Source: a bacterium (lineage in GTDB: Bacteria; UBA8248). Taken from it: a stretch of 64,000 bases of DNA. Positions 9,853 to 19,743 of the stretch are shown here, piece after piece. The translations under genes and the position numbers were made by a program. The stretch's first letter is position 1. Every line of letters starts with the position of its first letter. Under the pieces are notes generated by a model, which did not search any database, was not told where the DNA came from, and saw only the letters and a list, made by a program, of their open reading frames with translations. Location: NCBI GenBank assembly GCA_965219955.1, contig OZ244799.1, positions 4,219,616 through 4,283,615 on the forward strand, given 5' to 3'.

Positions 9853-11202
9853 ATGGTGGAAATGAGCAAACAGGGCATGCCGATGGACTTTCTGCAGAAA
9901 GAGCACTACCAGTCCCCCCGGCGCGTCTATAGCCAGACGGGCAGCGACTGGCAGCGCCGCGTCGACTTCGACCAGATGCGCAAAGATCGTCTCGCCCGCG
10001 CCAAGGCGATGATGGAAAAGCACGACATGGACGCCATCATCATGTACAAGGGCGAGAACGTCCGCTACACCGCGTCGGTCTTCCAGGGCAACTGGAAGAA
10101 CAACATCTTCATCCGCTACGCCGTGCTCTGCCGGGGTGCGGACACGCCGGTGCTTTTCGAGACGGCCGGCTCCGACTATGAGTGCGCCAAGATCGACGCG
10201 CCCTGGCTCGAGGGCAACATCCGCCCCGCCATCACCTGGAAGTGGTCCGAGACCGCCGAGCAGATGATGGTGAACCGCATGGCGGATTCGGTCATCGACG
10301 TTCTCAAGGAGAACGACATTCCGCTCAACGGCCGGATCGGCATCGACATCATGGACATGCAGGCCTACAGCGCCTTCACCGAGAAGGGCGTGAACCTGGT
10401 GAACGCGTGGCCGGCGATGAGCGAGGCGCGCGTCATCAAGACGCCCGAGGAGATCGAGTGCCTGAAGATAAGCTCGACCATCGGCGACACCTGCATGTGG
10501 AAGATCAGGAACGAGTGGCTCAAGCCCGGCATCCGCGAGTGCGACCTCACCGCGTGGGTGAACAACCTGCTCTATGAAGAGGGCTTCGACTTCGTCTACG
10601 ACATCATCGTCGCCTCGGGCGGCAACACGAGCCCCTACCGCCGCTGGCACACCGACAAGATGATCAGGGACGGCGACCTCGTCGTCGTCGACATCAACGC
10701 CATCGGCCCCGGCGGCTACTTCGTCGACTACGTGCGCTGCTTCAAGTGCGGCGGCGGCTGGACGAAGAAGGAAAAAGAGCTCTACAGAGAGGTCTACGAC
10801 ACGATGTACGCGGGCATGACCCAGCTCGTGCCGGGCAAGACGTCGAAGGACGTGGCCGAGCAGTTCCCCGTCTACGCCGATGACAAGTACGGCACGGTGA
10901 CGCTCCAGCAGTTCGCGCACTCCATCGGCCTCGACCTTTACGAGGGCATGTGGATCAGCCGCGCCTACAGCCTGGATTACCCGGTCGAGATCAAGGAGAA
11001 CATGTACTTCGCCATCGAGACGTTCGCAGGGCATCCGGGACTCCCCCAGACGGTGCGCCTGGAAGAGAACGTGCTCGTCGGCCCCGACGGCCCCATCGTC
11101 TTCACGGGCTCCTCGCACTACGACGAGTGCATCGAGGATTCGCCCTACTTCGACTTCTCGGCGAAGTCGCGCGGCGAGCCCCGCTTCGAGCTGCCCGAAT
11201 AG
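9853..11202 (+). CDS. M24 family metalloenzyme (Xaa-Pro peptidase/DddP-like)
   Basis: Creatinase-type N-terminus; metal ligands D(VVVD), D(YFVD), H(AHSIG), E(AIET), E(RLEE). Confidence 0.85.
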   Translation: MVEMSKQGMPMDFLQKEHYQSPRRVYSQTGSDWQRRVDFDQMRKDRLARAKAMMEKHDMDAIIMYKGENVRYTASVFQGNWKNNIFIRYAVLCRGADTPVLFETAGSDYECAKIDAPWLEGNIRPAITWKWSETAEQMMVNRMADSVIDVLKENDIPLNGRIGIDIMDMQAYSAFTEKGVNLVNAWPAMSEARVIKTPEEIECLKISSTIGDTCMWKIRNEWLKPGIRECDLTAWVNNLLYEEGFDFVYDIIVASGGNTSPYRRWHTDKMIRDGDLVVVDINAIGPGGYFVDYVRCFKCGGGWTKKEKELYREVYDTMYAGMTQLVPGKTSKDVAEQFPVYADDKYGTVTLQQFAHSIGLDLYEGMWISRAYSLDYPVEIKENMYFAIETFAGHPGLPQTVRLEENVLVGPDGPIVFTGSSHYDECIEDSPYFDFSAKSRGEPRFELPE

Positions 11203-11316
11203 CGGTTGTTGCCTCCCGTCCGTGTCCCCGCCGCCTGGGGCGCGGGCGGGAGCGTTTTTCATATTCGAAATGCAGGGGAATCGCCTCCCGAAAAAGGCGA
11301 ATAGGAGAATCATGAG

Positions 11317-12537
11317 ATGAGCGAACCCTGGAACACCGATATGTGGTTCACCAGCCCGTGGAACTTCGAGGGCGAGGTGACCTCCGGCATCAATTTCGAC
11401 CCCAACCCCAAGGTCCACGACGTGACGCTCCGGGACGGGGAGCAGCAGGCGGGCGTCATGTTCAACAAGGACGAGAAGATCCGCATCGCCGAGGCCCTGG
11501 CCGAGACGGGCGTGCACCGCATCGAGGCCGGCATGCCGGTGGTCTCGCCGTCGGACGAGGCGGCGATCCGCGAGATCGTCAAGCGCCTCGAAGGCACGGA
11601 TACGGAAGTCTTCAGCTTCGCGCGCTGCATGGCGGACGACGTGAAGCGCTCTGCCGACACGGGCGTCAAGGGCGTCGTGATGGAAGTGCCGAGTTCCACG
11701 CACATGATCGAGCGCGCCTACAAGTGGGAACTGGATAAAGCCATCGACACCTCCGTCAAGGCGACGCAGGTGGCGAAGGAATGCGGCCTCTACACCGTGT
11801 TCTTCCCCATCGACTTCTCCCGCGCCCCGCTCGACTGGGTGCTGGGCCTGCTCAAGAAAGTGGCGACCGAGGGCCACATGGACGCGCTGGCCATCGTGGA
11901 CACGTTCGGCGTGCTCAGCCCCCACACCGTGCCCTACGTCATCAAGAAGATGCGCGAGGTCTTCCCGGACGAGCCCTTCGAGCCCCACTTCCACGACGAT
12001 TACGGGATGGGCGTGGCGAATACGCTCATGGCGATGGCCGAGGGCTGCCAGGTGGCGCAGACTTCCGTGAGCGGCATCGGCGAGCGCGCGGGCAACGCGG
12101 CGTATGAGGAACTCGCTCTCGCCATGCTCACCATGTACGACGTGGATATGGGTCTCAAGACCGAGAAGTTCACCGAGGTCTCGCGCCTCGTGCAGGAGTG
12201 CGGGCGCATCAGCCTGGCGCCCAACCGCTGCGTCGTGGGCGACAACCTCTACGACATCGAGAGCGGCATCATCGTGAGCTGGCTCAAGAACTGCGAGAAG
12301 GACTTCCCGACCGAACTCGTGCCCTTCCGCGCCGGCCTGGTCGGCCAGAGCGAACCCGAGCCCGTCATCGGCAAGGGGAGCGGCATCGATTCCATCAACC
12401 TCTTCCTGGAGCAGCTGGGCATCACGGCGTCCGAAGAAGAGAAGATGGCGCTCCTGATGGATGTCAAGGAGAAATCCCTGAGCCTCCATCGCCTCCTCAC
12501 GATGGACGAGTTCAAGGAACTGGCTGGAGCGAAGTAG
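11317..12537 (+). CDS. DRE-TIM metallolyase (LeuA/homocitrate synthase-like)
   Basis: DVTLRDGEQ, HFHDDYG, GIGERAGNA. Confidence 0.85.
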   Translation: MSEPWNTDMWFTSPWNFEGEVTSGINFDPNPKVHDVTLRDGEQQAGVMFNKDEKIRIAEALAETGVHRIEAGMPVVSPSDEAAIREIVKRLEGTDTEVFSFARCMADDVKRSADTGVKGVVMEVPSSTHMIERAYKWELDKAIDTSVKATQVAKECGLYTVFFPIDFSRAPLDWVLGLLKKVATEGHMDALAIVDTFGVLSPHTVPYVIKKMREVFPDEPFEPHFHDDYGMGVANTLMAMAEGCQVAQTSVSGIGERAGNAAYEELALAMLTMYDVDMGLKTEKFTEVSRLVQECGRISLAPNRCVVGDNLYDIESGIIVSWLKNCEKDFPTELVPFRAGLVGQSEPEPVIGKGSGIDSINLFLEQLGITASEEEKMALLMDVKEKSLSLHRLLTMDEFKELAGAK

Positions 12538-12597
12538 GATTCCCGCTTCCGCAGGCGCGGGCTGGTTTTCTTCCCGCGCACGGCATCAAACGAAACG

Positions 12598-12630
12598 AAA
12601 AGGGCGGCTCGCGAGGGCCGCCCTTTTTTT
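12598..12630 (+). terminator. intrinsic terminator
   Basis: AGGGCGGC/GCCGCCCT stem followed by T run. Confidence 0.8.
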
Positions 12631-12645
12631 CGCGGCCAGACCTGA

Positions 12646-13164
12646 GGAGCCGTTGGAAAAATCCTGATTCTGTGATTCTGTGTATGGAGCCGACCGGGGA
12701 GGCCGCTCAGGACAGGCACGGAGGCCTGTCCCTACGATTTCGATTCAAAACGCAGGAGATTGTGTAGGGACAACCCTCTGTGGTTGTCCTGCCCCCTGTG
12801 GTCGCCCGATTGGCTGGGTAGAAGGGTCTGTAGGGACAGGTCGTGACCTGTCCGAGGCCGCTTTGATCGTCATTCCGGCGGACATTGCCCTTGAACGGCA
12901 TCGCCAACCAACGAGAGAGAAGAAAACCACTCCCCCCTTATTTTCCACTCCGTCTGAGTGTGTAAAATCACTCCCCCCTTGAGGGGGAGTCGCAGAAGCC
13001 GAGCGTTTTTTGCGAAGGCTGATGCGGTGGGGGGTAAAATGCGTTTTACCGCCATTCCGAATTATACCCCCCACCGAATCGCTTTCGGGCTTACGCCCTT
13101 AGCTCTTCGACTCCCCCTCAAGGGGGGAGTGGTTCCTCTCTCCTCGGACTTTTTCAACAACTCC
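12646..13164. mobile_element. composite repeat block (TIR shell, GTAG REPs, 163-bp palindromic element)
   Basis: GGAGCCGTTGGAAAAATCC...GGACTTTTTCAACAACTCC ends; 163-bp CACTCCCCCCTTGAGGGGGAG element at 12969-13131. Confidence 0.7.
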
Positions 13165-13264
13165 GTCGCGGGACGTGTTCCAAGACGATAGACTTGTCAT
13201 CCCTCCTTCCTTTATCATTTCCCCATCGAACGGATTCCGACTCCCCGCACCGGAGGACATTCCC

Positions 13265-13987
13265 ATGACGGACTGGAAGAAAAAGCTCGGCTTCATCGTT
13301 CCATCCTGGAACACGGTGATGGAGTACGAATGCCAGCGCATGGCGCCTGCGGGCGTATCGGTCCACTTCACCCGCATCGCCCACACCGACGATGAGGAGG
13401 AGACCCTCCTGCACATGATCGAGGTGGTGCCCGAACTCGCCGACCTGCTCGGCCACGCGAGTCTCGACGCCATCTGCTTCGGCTGCACCGGCGGCAGCTT
13501 CGTGCGGCCGGGCATGGATGAGGACATCATCGCGGTCATCGAGGAGCGGACGGGCATCCCCGCCACGACGACCTCCACCGCCCTCACCGAGGCCATGCGC
13601 GAGATGGGCGTCGCCAAGGTGGCGCTCGCTTCTCCCTATCCGCAATGGCTGAACGAGCGGCTCACCACTTTCCTGAAAGATAAAGGGATCGAGGTGGTGG
13701 CCGAGCGGGGCCAGAACGTCGAGTGCCCCGCCTTCCTGCCGCCCGAGAACTCGGAAGCCCTGGCGCGCGAGGTGGATTGTCCCGAAGCCGACGGGGTCTT
13801 CATCAGCTGCACGAACTTCCGCTCGCTCGAATCGGTCGATAAGCTCGAAGCCGCGCTCGGAAAGCCCGTGCTCACGAGCAACACCACGGCCATGTGGCAC
13901 ACGCTCAGGGCCGCGGGTTTCGATGAAGCGGCCACCGCCGGCGGTGCGCTCATGCGCGAGCATCTGGCGCCCGCCCGCCGCGCTTAG
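13265..13987 (+). CDS. maleate cis-trans isomerase / Asp-Glu racemase family
   Basis: ATG 13265; G.IVPS.NTVME, two catalytic Cys in FGCTGGS and ISCTNF. Confidence 0.88.
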   Translation: MTDWKKKLGFIVPSWNTVMEYECQRMAPAGVSVHFTRIAHTDDEEETLLHMIEVVPELADLLGHASLDAICFGCTGGSFVRPGMDEDIIAVIEERTGIPATTTSTALTEAMREMGVAKVALASPYPQWLNERLTTFLKDKGIEVVAERGQNVECPAFLPPENSEALAREVDCPEADGVFISCTNFRSLESVDKLEAALGKPVLTSNTTAMWHTLRAAGFDEAATAGGALMREHLAPARRA

Positions 13988-13994
13988 GTTCTAT

Positions 13995-15158
13995 ATGAGC
14001 GACAGGAGCCGCCGCGGCCAGCAGTGGGTGACGGAGGAGTTCTACAAGGTCCACGACGTCTACGCCTTCCGCTCGGTGATGTACGTGGAGTGGGGCTTCC
14101 GGCCTGCCGACGTGAGGAGGACCACCGAGCGCATCAAGTTGCCCGGCTCCGTGCCCAAGGAGTGGGCGCGCACCGCCGCTCAGGAAGAAGCGCTCGCGAG
14201 AGAGGCCGAGGCCGCCGGCCACAGGGAATCGGCGGCGGAGTTCTATCACCGCGCCGCGCTCTATTACGGCCCCGCCTGCGGCGTCATCCACAAGAACACG
14301 CCCCAGAAGCTCGAACTCTACGCCAGGATGATCGCCTGCTACGAGAAGTTCATCGAGTTGTTCGACGAAGCGCCCGTCGAGCGCGTGGAGGTTCCCTTCG
14401 AGAACGGGAAGACGATTCCGGGTATTTTGCAAACAGTCCCCGGGGTTCCGAGCGCCCCATGCGTCATCATCGTGCCGGGGATGGACACCATCAAGGAGTT
14501 TCTTCCCAATCCCTACCACAACCATTTCAGGCGGCGCGGCCTCGCCACGCTCAGCATCGACGGCCCCGGCCAGGGGGAGAGCAACACGCGCGAGACCTGG
14601 GTGACGCTGGACAACTTCGAGCGCGCGGGTTCCGCCGCCATCGACTATCTCGAATCACGCCCCGAGGTGGACGGCGAGCGAATCGGCCTCTACGGCTGGA
14701 GCATGGGCAGCTACTGGGGGCCGCGCGTGGCGGCGCATGATAAGCGACTGAAAGCCTGCGTGGGCGCGATGGGCGTCTATCTCCAGAAAGACTCCATCTT
14801 CAAGGGCGGAAAGCCCGCCTACCGGGCGAACTACCAGTACATGTCCAACACGTATGACGAGGATGAGTTCGACGCCATGGCGGAGCAGATGACGCTCGAG
14901 GGCATCTCGGGGGACATCAGGTGCCCGACGCTTCTGGCGATGGGCGAGTTCGACGAGCTTTGCCCGCTGGAGGACGCCGAGCGGCTCTTCGACCTCCTGG
15001 GCGGCCCGAAGGAGCTTTGGGTGTATGAGAACGAGGCTCACACGATGGGCGGACGCCTGCCCGATTTCTACCTCATGGTGGCCGACTGGCTCCGCGACGC
15101 CATAAGCGGCGAATTCGCCGCAGACCACGCCGTGCGCCGCTTCTTCGAGGCGCGTTGA
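13995..15158 (+). CDS. alpha/beta hydrolase (FrsA / 2,6-dihydroxy-pseudo-oxynicotine hydrolase-like)
   Basis: ATG 13995; PGMDTIKE, DGPGQGES, GWSMG nucleophile elbow, C-terminal D and H. Confidence 0.8.
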   Translation: MSDRSRRGQQWVTEEFYKVHDVYAFRSVMYVEWGFRPADVRRTTERIKLPGSVPKEWARTAAQEEALAREAEAAGHRESAAEFYHRAALYYGPACGVIHKNTPQKLELYARMIACYEKFIELFDEAPVERVEVPFENGKTIPGILQTVPGVPSAPCVIIVPGMDTIKEFLPNPYHNHFRRRGLATLSIDGPGQGESNTRETWVTLDNFERAGSAAIDYLESRPEVDGERIGLYGWSMGSYWGPRVAAHDKRLKACVGAMGVYLQKDSIFKGGKPAYRANYQYMSNTYDEDEFDAMAEQMTLEGISGDIRCPTLLAMGEFDELCPLEDAERLFDLLGGPKELWVYENEAHTMGGRLPDFYLMVADWLRDAISGEFAADHAVRRFFEAR

Positions 15159-15231
15159 GAACGGTATTTCTTTGACGCCGCCCGGCGGGTTTTACGCCAT
15201 CCCATGAATCCTGGAGAGCACTTCTCAAAAG

Positions 15232-15685
15232 AGGGTTGTTGAAAAAGCCCTGGCGAGGCAGCAGACATCACTCCCCCCTTGAGGGTCTGGCTTCCCGAGG
15301 GGAAAGCCAGACGAGGAAGCCGAGCGGTTTGTGCGAAGGCTGACTCGGTGGGGGGTAAAATGCGCTTTATCGCCAGTCCGAATTATACCCCCCACCGAAT
15401 CGCTTTCGGGCTTACGCCCTCAGCTCTTCGACTCCCCCTCAAGGGCCTGTTGAAAAAGCCTGACCTGCTCCACCCCCGCAAACCGCCAACGTCTTTTCCC
15501 TCACCCTGAGTAGCCGCCGAAGGCGGCGTATCGAAGGGCGAGGGGTGCCGAACACCTCGCGCCGGGCGAGAGGGCATCCTTCGATACGCGGCTCCGCCGC
15601 TACTCAGGATGAGGCGAGAAGGGGTTTTTCAACAGGCCCCTCAAGGGGGGAGTGATCCATTTTTTCCGCTTTTTTCAACAACCTC
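15232..15685. mobile_element. nested composite MITE
   Basis: Outer TIR AGGGTTGTTGAAAAAG...TTTTTCAACAACCTC; 163-bp-family element 15269-15654 interrupted by inner TIR element 15443-15639 with CTCAA duplication. Confidence 0.8.
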
Positions 15686-15799
15686 AAACGCCCGGCTTTC
15701 CCCGGCCGCGCTTTTCCATATCGGCGCGATGCCGTATTCTTGGGTTTTTGCGATTCCAATTTTCCCTGAAACCTATCTCATGTTCCGACGGAGAATTTC

Positions 15800-16828
15800 A
15801 TGAAAGCGGCTTTGCTTGAGAAAACGCGGGTGATGAGCGTGGGCGATCAGCCCGATCCCGGCCTGCCCGCCGATCACGCGCTGGTGCGGGTGGCGACTTC
15901 GGCCATCTGCGGCACCGACGTATCCATCTGGGCGGGGAAGATGCCCGCGCGCATCCCGCTCATTCCGGGCCACGAGTGCACGGGCACGGTGGAGCAGGTC
16001 GGCGAGAGCGTCACGAGGCTCAAAGTCGGCGACCGGGTGGTGCTGAACCCGCTTTCGAGTTGCGGGACGTGCTTTTACTGCGTGCGCGGGCTGACGAACA
16101 TCTGCCTGCACGGCGGCCTGCGCGGCCGCGAGGTGCCGGGCACCTTCGCCGAGTACATCGCCGTGCGCGAGACCGAAGCGTTCGCCTTCCCCGAACAGGT
16201 GAGCTTCGCCGCGGCGACGAACTTCGTGGGCCTCTACACGGTGGTCTACAGCCAGAGGAAAGCGCCCTACATCGCGGGCGCGCGCGTGGCCGTCCTGGGG
16301 CAGGGGAGCAGCGGCCTGCTCCACACGCAGCTGGCGAAGGTCTCGGGCGCGGCGTCCGTCATCGCCGTGACGAGGAGCAAGTGGAAGCTCGAGGTGGCGA
16401 AGGAGATGGGCGCGGATGAAATCGTGCCCGCGGGCGAGGTGGACCCCGTCGAAGCCGTGCGCGACCTCACCGACGGCCTGGGAGCGGATATCGTGATCGA
16501 GACGGCGGGCGCGGCCGAGACGATGGTGCAGGCCTACGACATGGTGCGGCCAGGCGGCGCGATTCTCCAGTTTGGCATCGGGCCGGCTGCGGTCGACGGG
16601 GTGCCGGGCCAGGCCTATTACTTCAAGGACCTGACCGTCATCGGCTCGCGGGCGGGCCTGCCGGAGGATTTCGAGAGCGCCATCCGCCTCGTGGCGACCG
16701 GGCAAATCGACCTGGAGCCCCTCGTCACCCACCACTTCGCGCTCGATGAGATTCAGGCGGGCTTCGAGTTCGTCGACGCGGGCGGAGACGGCGGCACGCT
16801 CCGGGCGGTGATCGAGATAGCGAACTGA
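15800..16828 (+). CDS. zinc-dependent alcohol dehydrogenase (MDR)
   Basis: ICGTD, GHE, structural CxxCxxC..C, G.G..G. Confidence 0.9.
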   Translation: MKAALLEKTRVMSVGDQPDPGLPADHALVRVATSAICGTDVSIWAGKMPARIPLIPGHECTGTVEQVGESVTRLKVGDRVVLNPLSSCGTCFYCVRGLTNICLHGGLRGREVPGTFAEYIAVRETEAFAFPEQVSFAAATNFVGLYTVVYSQRKAPYIAGARVAVLGQGSSGLLHTQLAKVSGAASVIAVTRSKWKLEVAKEMGADEIVPAGEVDPVEAVRDLTDGLGADIVIETAGAAETMVQAYDMVRPGGAILQFGIGPAAVDGVPGQAYYFKDLTVIGSRAGLPEDFESAIRLVATGQIDLEPLVTHHFALDEIQAGFEFVDAGGDGGTLRAVIEIAN

Positions 16829-16876
16829 CGCCCGCAGACCACCGCGGGCTTGACTCCAGCAGACAAGGAGGCCGGC

Positions 16877-17749
16877 ATGGCTTTTGAACACCCATTCATT
16901 CGTATCGCAGGCGTCACGCCCGAGAAACTGGACGAGAAAGAGGGCTGGAACGTCTCCGATTTCAGGGTCGTCGTCAGCGGGAAGGAGGGTTCCTCCTCCA
17001 TCATGTACCACGCCACCCTGGCCCCCGGCGACCGCCACCACAAGCACCGCTACGAGAACTGCCAGATGCAGTATTACGTCGTGAGCGGCCACGGCCTGGC
17101 GGGGGCGGGGGAGGACCGCGTGGAGGTGCACGCGGGCCACTTCCACCTGATCCCCAAGGGCGTGGAGCACTGGCTCGTGAACCTGGGCAGGCACGACCCG
17201 CTCGTCATCATCGGGTTCTACGACCGGGTACCCTATTTCAGGGACACCGGCCGCGTCTATCTCGGCGACATCACCGAGGCCGACATCGCCGCCCCGCGTA
17301 CGCTCAGCGCGCAGGCTCTCAAGCATCCGCTCGTGCACAACGACGAGGTTCCCCACGTCAAGGTGTCGCATGAGGAGGGCTGGACGCAGGATTACTTCAA
17401 CGAGCCGCTGAACCGCAGCGTCGGCGCGGGCTCGTGCTGGATGCAGGGCTACTTCGGCCCCAAAACCGTGCACATGAAGCACCGCCACAACAACTGCGAG
17501 GAGATTTGCTACATCCTGAAGGGCCGCGGCCTGGCGGGCATCGGGCGCGATCGCGGAGAAGTGTTCGCGGGCGACGTGAACTACATCCCTGCCGGGGCGG
17601 AGCACTGGCTCGCGAACATCGACGACACCGAAGACCTCTCTGCGCCCGGCTGGTACATCGGTGTGGGCGGGCTGGACGAGAGCGGCTTCGAGTACCTGGG
17701 GCCGGTGACGGACGAGGACCTGAAACAGCGGACGGGCGTGATCGAGTAG
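16877..17749 (+). CDS. bicupin protein
   Basis: AAGGAGG RBS, ATG 16877; two cupin domains ending IPKGVEHWL and IPAGAEHWL. Confidence 0.85.
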   Translation: MAFEHPFIRIAGVTPEKLDEKEGWNVSDFRVVVSGKEGSSSIMYHATLAPGDRHHKHRYENCQMQYYVVSGHGLAGAGEDRVEVHAGHFHLIPKGVEHWLVNLGRHDPLVIIGFYDRVPYFRDTGRVYLGDITEADIAAPRTLSAQALKHPLVHNDEVPHVKVSHEEGWTQDYFNEPLNRSVGAGSCWMQGYFGPKTVHMKHRHNNCEEICYILKGRGLAGIGRDRGEVFAGDVNYIPAGAEHWLANIDDTEDLSAPGWYIGVGGLDESGFEYLGPVTDEDLKQRTGVIE

Positions 17750-17797
17750 TTCAGCCCCGCCCCCTGAGAAGTACAACCATTATGTGAGGAAAAATTC

Positions 17798-18655
17798 ATG
17801 CCGCTTCAATACCCCCTGGTTCATATCGACGACATCGCGCCCGAGAAGATGGAGGAAAAAGAAGGCTGGGCGATCTCGGAGTTCCGCCTCCCCATCACCG
17901 GCGCGCACGGGAGCTCGACGACGGCCTTTCACTCCATCTTCCGGCCCGGCTCCACGCACGCGAAGCACGCACATTCCGAGTGCGAGGAAATCGCGGTGTA
18001 TCTCAAGGGCCACGGCGTGGTCGGCCAGGGTGAGGAGCGCGCCGAGGTGCGCGAGGGCCACTGCCGCCTCATGCCGAAGGGCTCGACGCATTTCTTCTAC
18101 AACGAGACGCGCGATGAGGAGGCGATGGTGGTCGGGTTCTACCTCGGCGCGCCGAGCGTGGCGGGCACGGGCTATGAATTTCACGGCGACGTGGCGCAAG
18201 CGGACCTCGAGGTGCCGCGCGAGGGAATCACCGACGGCATCCTGGTGCATCTGGACGACGTGCGGCCCGAGAACATGAACGAGGGCGAGGGCTGGTCGAT
18301 CACCGACTTCAGGCTCCCTCTGGGCAGGCACAACGGCAGCGATACGACGCTGTTCCGCGCGCGCTTTTTCCCGGGGGCGGTGCACAAGAAGCACAGGCAC
18401 GACAACTGCGAGGAGATCTACTACATCATCAGCGGCCACGGGCTGGCGGGGGCGGGCCCCGACCGCGTCGAGGTGCGCGGCGGCCACTTCCACTACATCC
18501 CCAAAGGGGTCGAGCACTGGCTCCACAACCTGAGCGATACCGAACCCATCGAGGCGGTGGGCATCTACATCGGCAGCGGGAGCGTGGCGGAGACGGGCTA
18601 CGTCTACATGGGCGACGTGACCGAAGCGGACATCCAGGCGCGCACGCCGCTCTAG
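17798..18655 (+). CDS. bicupin protein (paralogue of upstream gene)
   Basis: Two HxKHxHxxCEE...H cupin motifs. Confidence 0.85.
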   Translation: MPLQYPLVHIDDIAPEKMEEKEGWAISEFRLPITGAHGSSTTAFHSIFRPGSTHAKHAHSECEEIAVYLKGHGVVGQGEERAEVREGHCRLMPKGSTHFFYNETRDEEAMVVGFYLGAPSVAGTGYEFHGDVAQADLEVPREGITDGILVHLDDVRPENMNEGEGWSITDFRLPLGRHNGSDTTLFRARFFPGAVHKKHRHDNCEEIYYIISGHGLAGAGPDRVEVRGGHFHYIPKGVEHWLHNLSDTEPIEAVGIYIGSGSVAETGYVYMGDVTEADIQARTPL

Positions 18656-18784
18656 CGGCGCATCGACTTGAAGCGGTGTGCGGCCCCGGCCGGGGGCGGC
18701 GTCGCAGGGACAGGCCCCCGTGCCTGTCCGACGCGGGACAACCCGGAAGGATTGCCCCTGCGAGTCAAATTTTCTTTCCTCTCC

Positions 18785-18976
18785 GGGGCTGTTGAAAAAG
18801 CCCTGTCCGACCTTCGAGATTGTTCGCTGTAGGGACAGGCCTCCGTGCCTGTCCTGCTCTTCGTGGTTGTCCTTCGTCAGGACAGGCACGGAGGCCTGTC
18901 CCTACAAAACCATCACGTCTGCGCCGCGTGAACCTCCTTGCCGCCGATCTCGCATCAGGGCTTTTTCAACAACCCC
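18785..18976. mobile_element. MITE with GTAG-REP doublet cargo
   Basis: TIR GGGGCTGTTGAAAAAGCCCT / AGGGCTTTTTCAACAACCCC; CTCC on both flanks; REP pair 18829-18905. Confidence 0.85.
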
Positions 18977-19139
18977 CTCCAGGGAGGGATTATGTCATTC
19001 CCCTTCACGCCCGGAACCACGGGACCCCATGAAGATGATTCTCTTTTCTTTCTTTTGCCTTTCGGGCGCGGCGTGATATGCTTGAGAGGCGTGTGGGAAC
19101 AATAGGCATTTCAGGACAAAAAAATTATGGAGCAAAGCC

Positions 19140-19688
19140 ATGAAGATAACCGAGGCGGCGGCGGATAAGGTCAAGGAAATCATGGAGCAAAACGGCGGCG
19201 GTTTCGCCGGAATCCTCATCAGCTTCGAGGGCGGCTACAAGCTCGACCTGGTGAAGGATGAGGATGCGGCTGAATACATCCGGGTGGAGAATCCCCTGCT
19301 GGGCGTCTTCGCCTCGCCCGAGCACGTCGACAGGGCGGAGAAGGCCCAGATCGAGTTCGTCACCGAAGGCCCGACGAGCGGGTTCAAGGTGACGCGCGAG
19401 ATGACCGACGGCGATACGTCCCTCCTCGAGCAGATTCAGGAGATCATCGACACGGAGATCAACCCGGCCGTGGCGTCCCACGGCGGCTACATCAGCCTGC
19501 TGGACGTGGAGGAAAAGCGCGTGTTCGTGCAGATGGGGGGCGGCTGCGCGGGCTGCGGCATGGCGGACGTGACGCTCAAATCCGGCGTCGAGGCGCGGCT
19601 GCAGCAGCTCGACCCCGAGATACAGGTGGTCGACACCACCGACCACGCGGCGGGCACGAACCCCTACTACGCGCCGACGCAAAAATAG
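19140..19688 (+). CDS. nfuA: Fe-S cluster biogenesis protein NfuA
   Basis: INPAVASHGG, GGGCAGCGMA, DTTDHAAGTNPYY. Confidence 0.88.
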   Translation: MKITEAAADKVKEIMEQNGGGFAGILISFEGGYKLDLVKDEDAAEYIRVENPLLGVFASPEHVDRAEKAQIEFVTEGPTSGFKVTREMTDGDTSLLEQIQEIIDTEINPAVASHGGYISLLDVEEKRVFVQMGGGCAGCGMADVTLKSGVEARLQQLDPEIQVVDTTDHAAGTNPYYAPTQK

Positions 19689-19707
19689 GTTTCAAGCTGA
19701 AAGCATG

Positions 19708-19736
19708 AAGGGCCGGCCGTCTGGCCGGCCTTTTTT
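19708..19736. terminator. terminator between convergent genes
   Basis: GGCCGGCC-gtct-GGCCGGCC followed by T6. Confidence 0.75.
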
Positions 19737-19743
19737 CTTGGGG

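Noticed and set aside
9838-12489. 883-aa minus-strand ORF
   Set aside because: Antisense shadow of two well-supported genes; typical of high-GC codon bias
15773-17776. 667-aa minus-strand ORF and similar long shadows (5788-7566, 22052-23455, 30435-32099, 44219-45934, 57691-59223)
   Set aside because: Each lies opposite a motif-supported CDS
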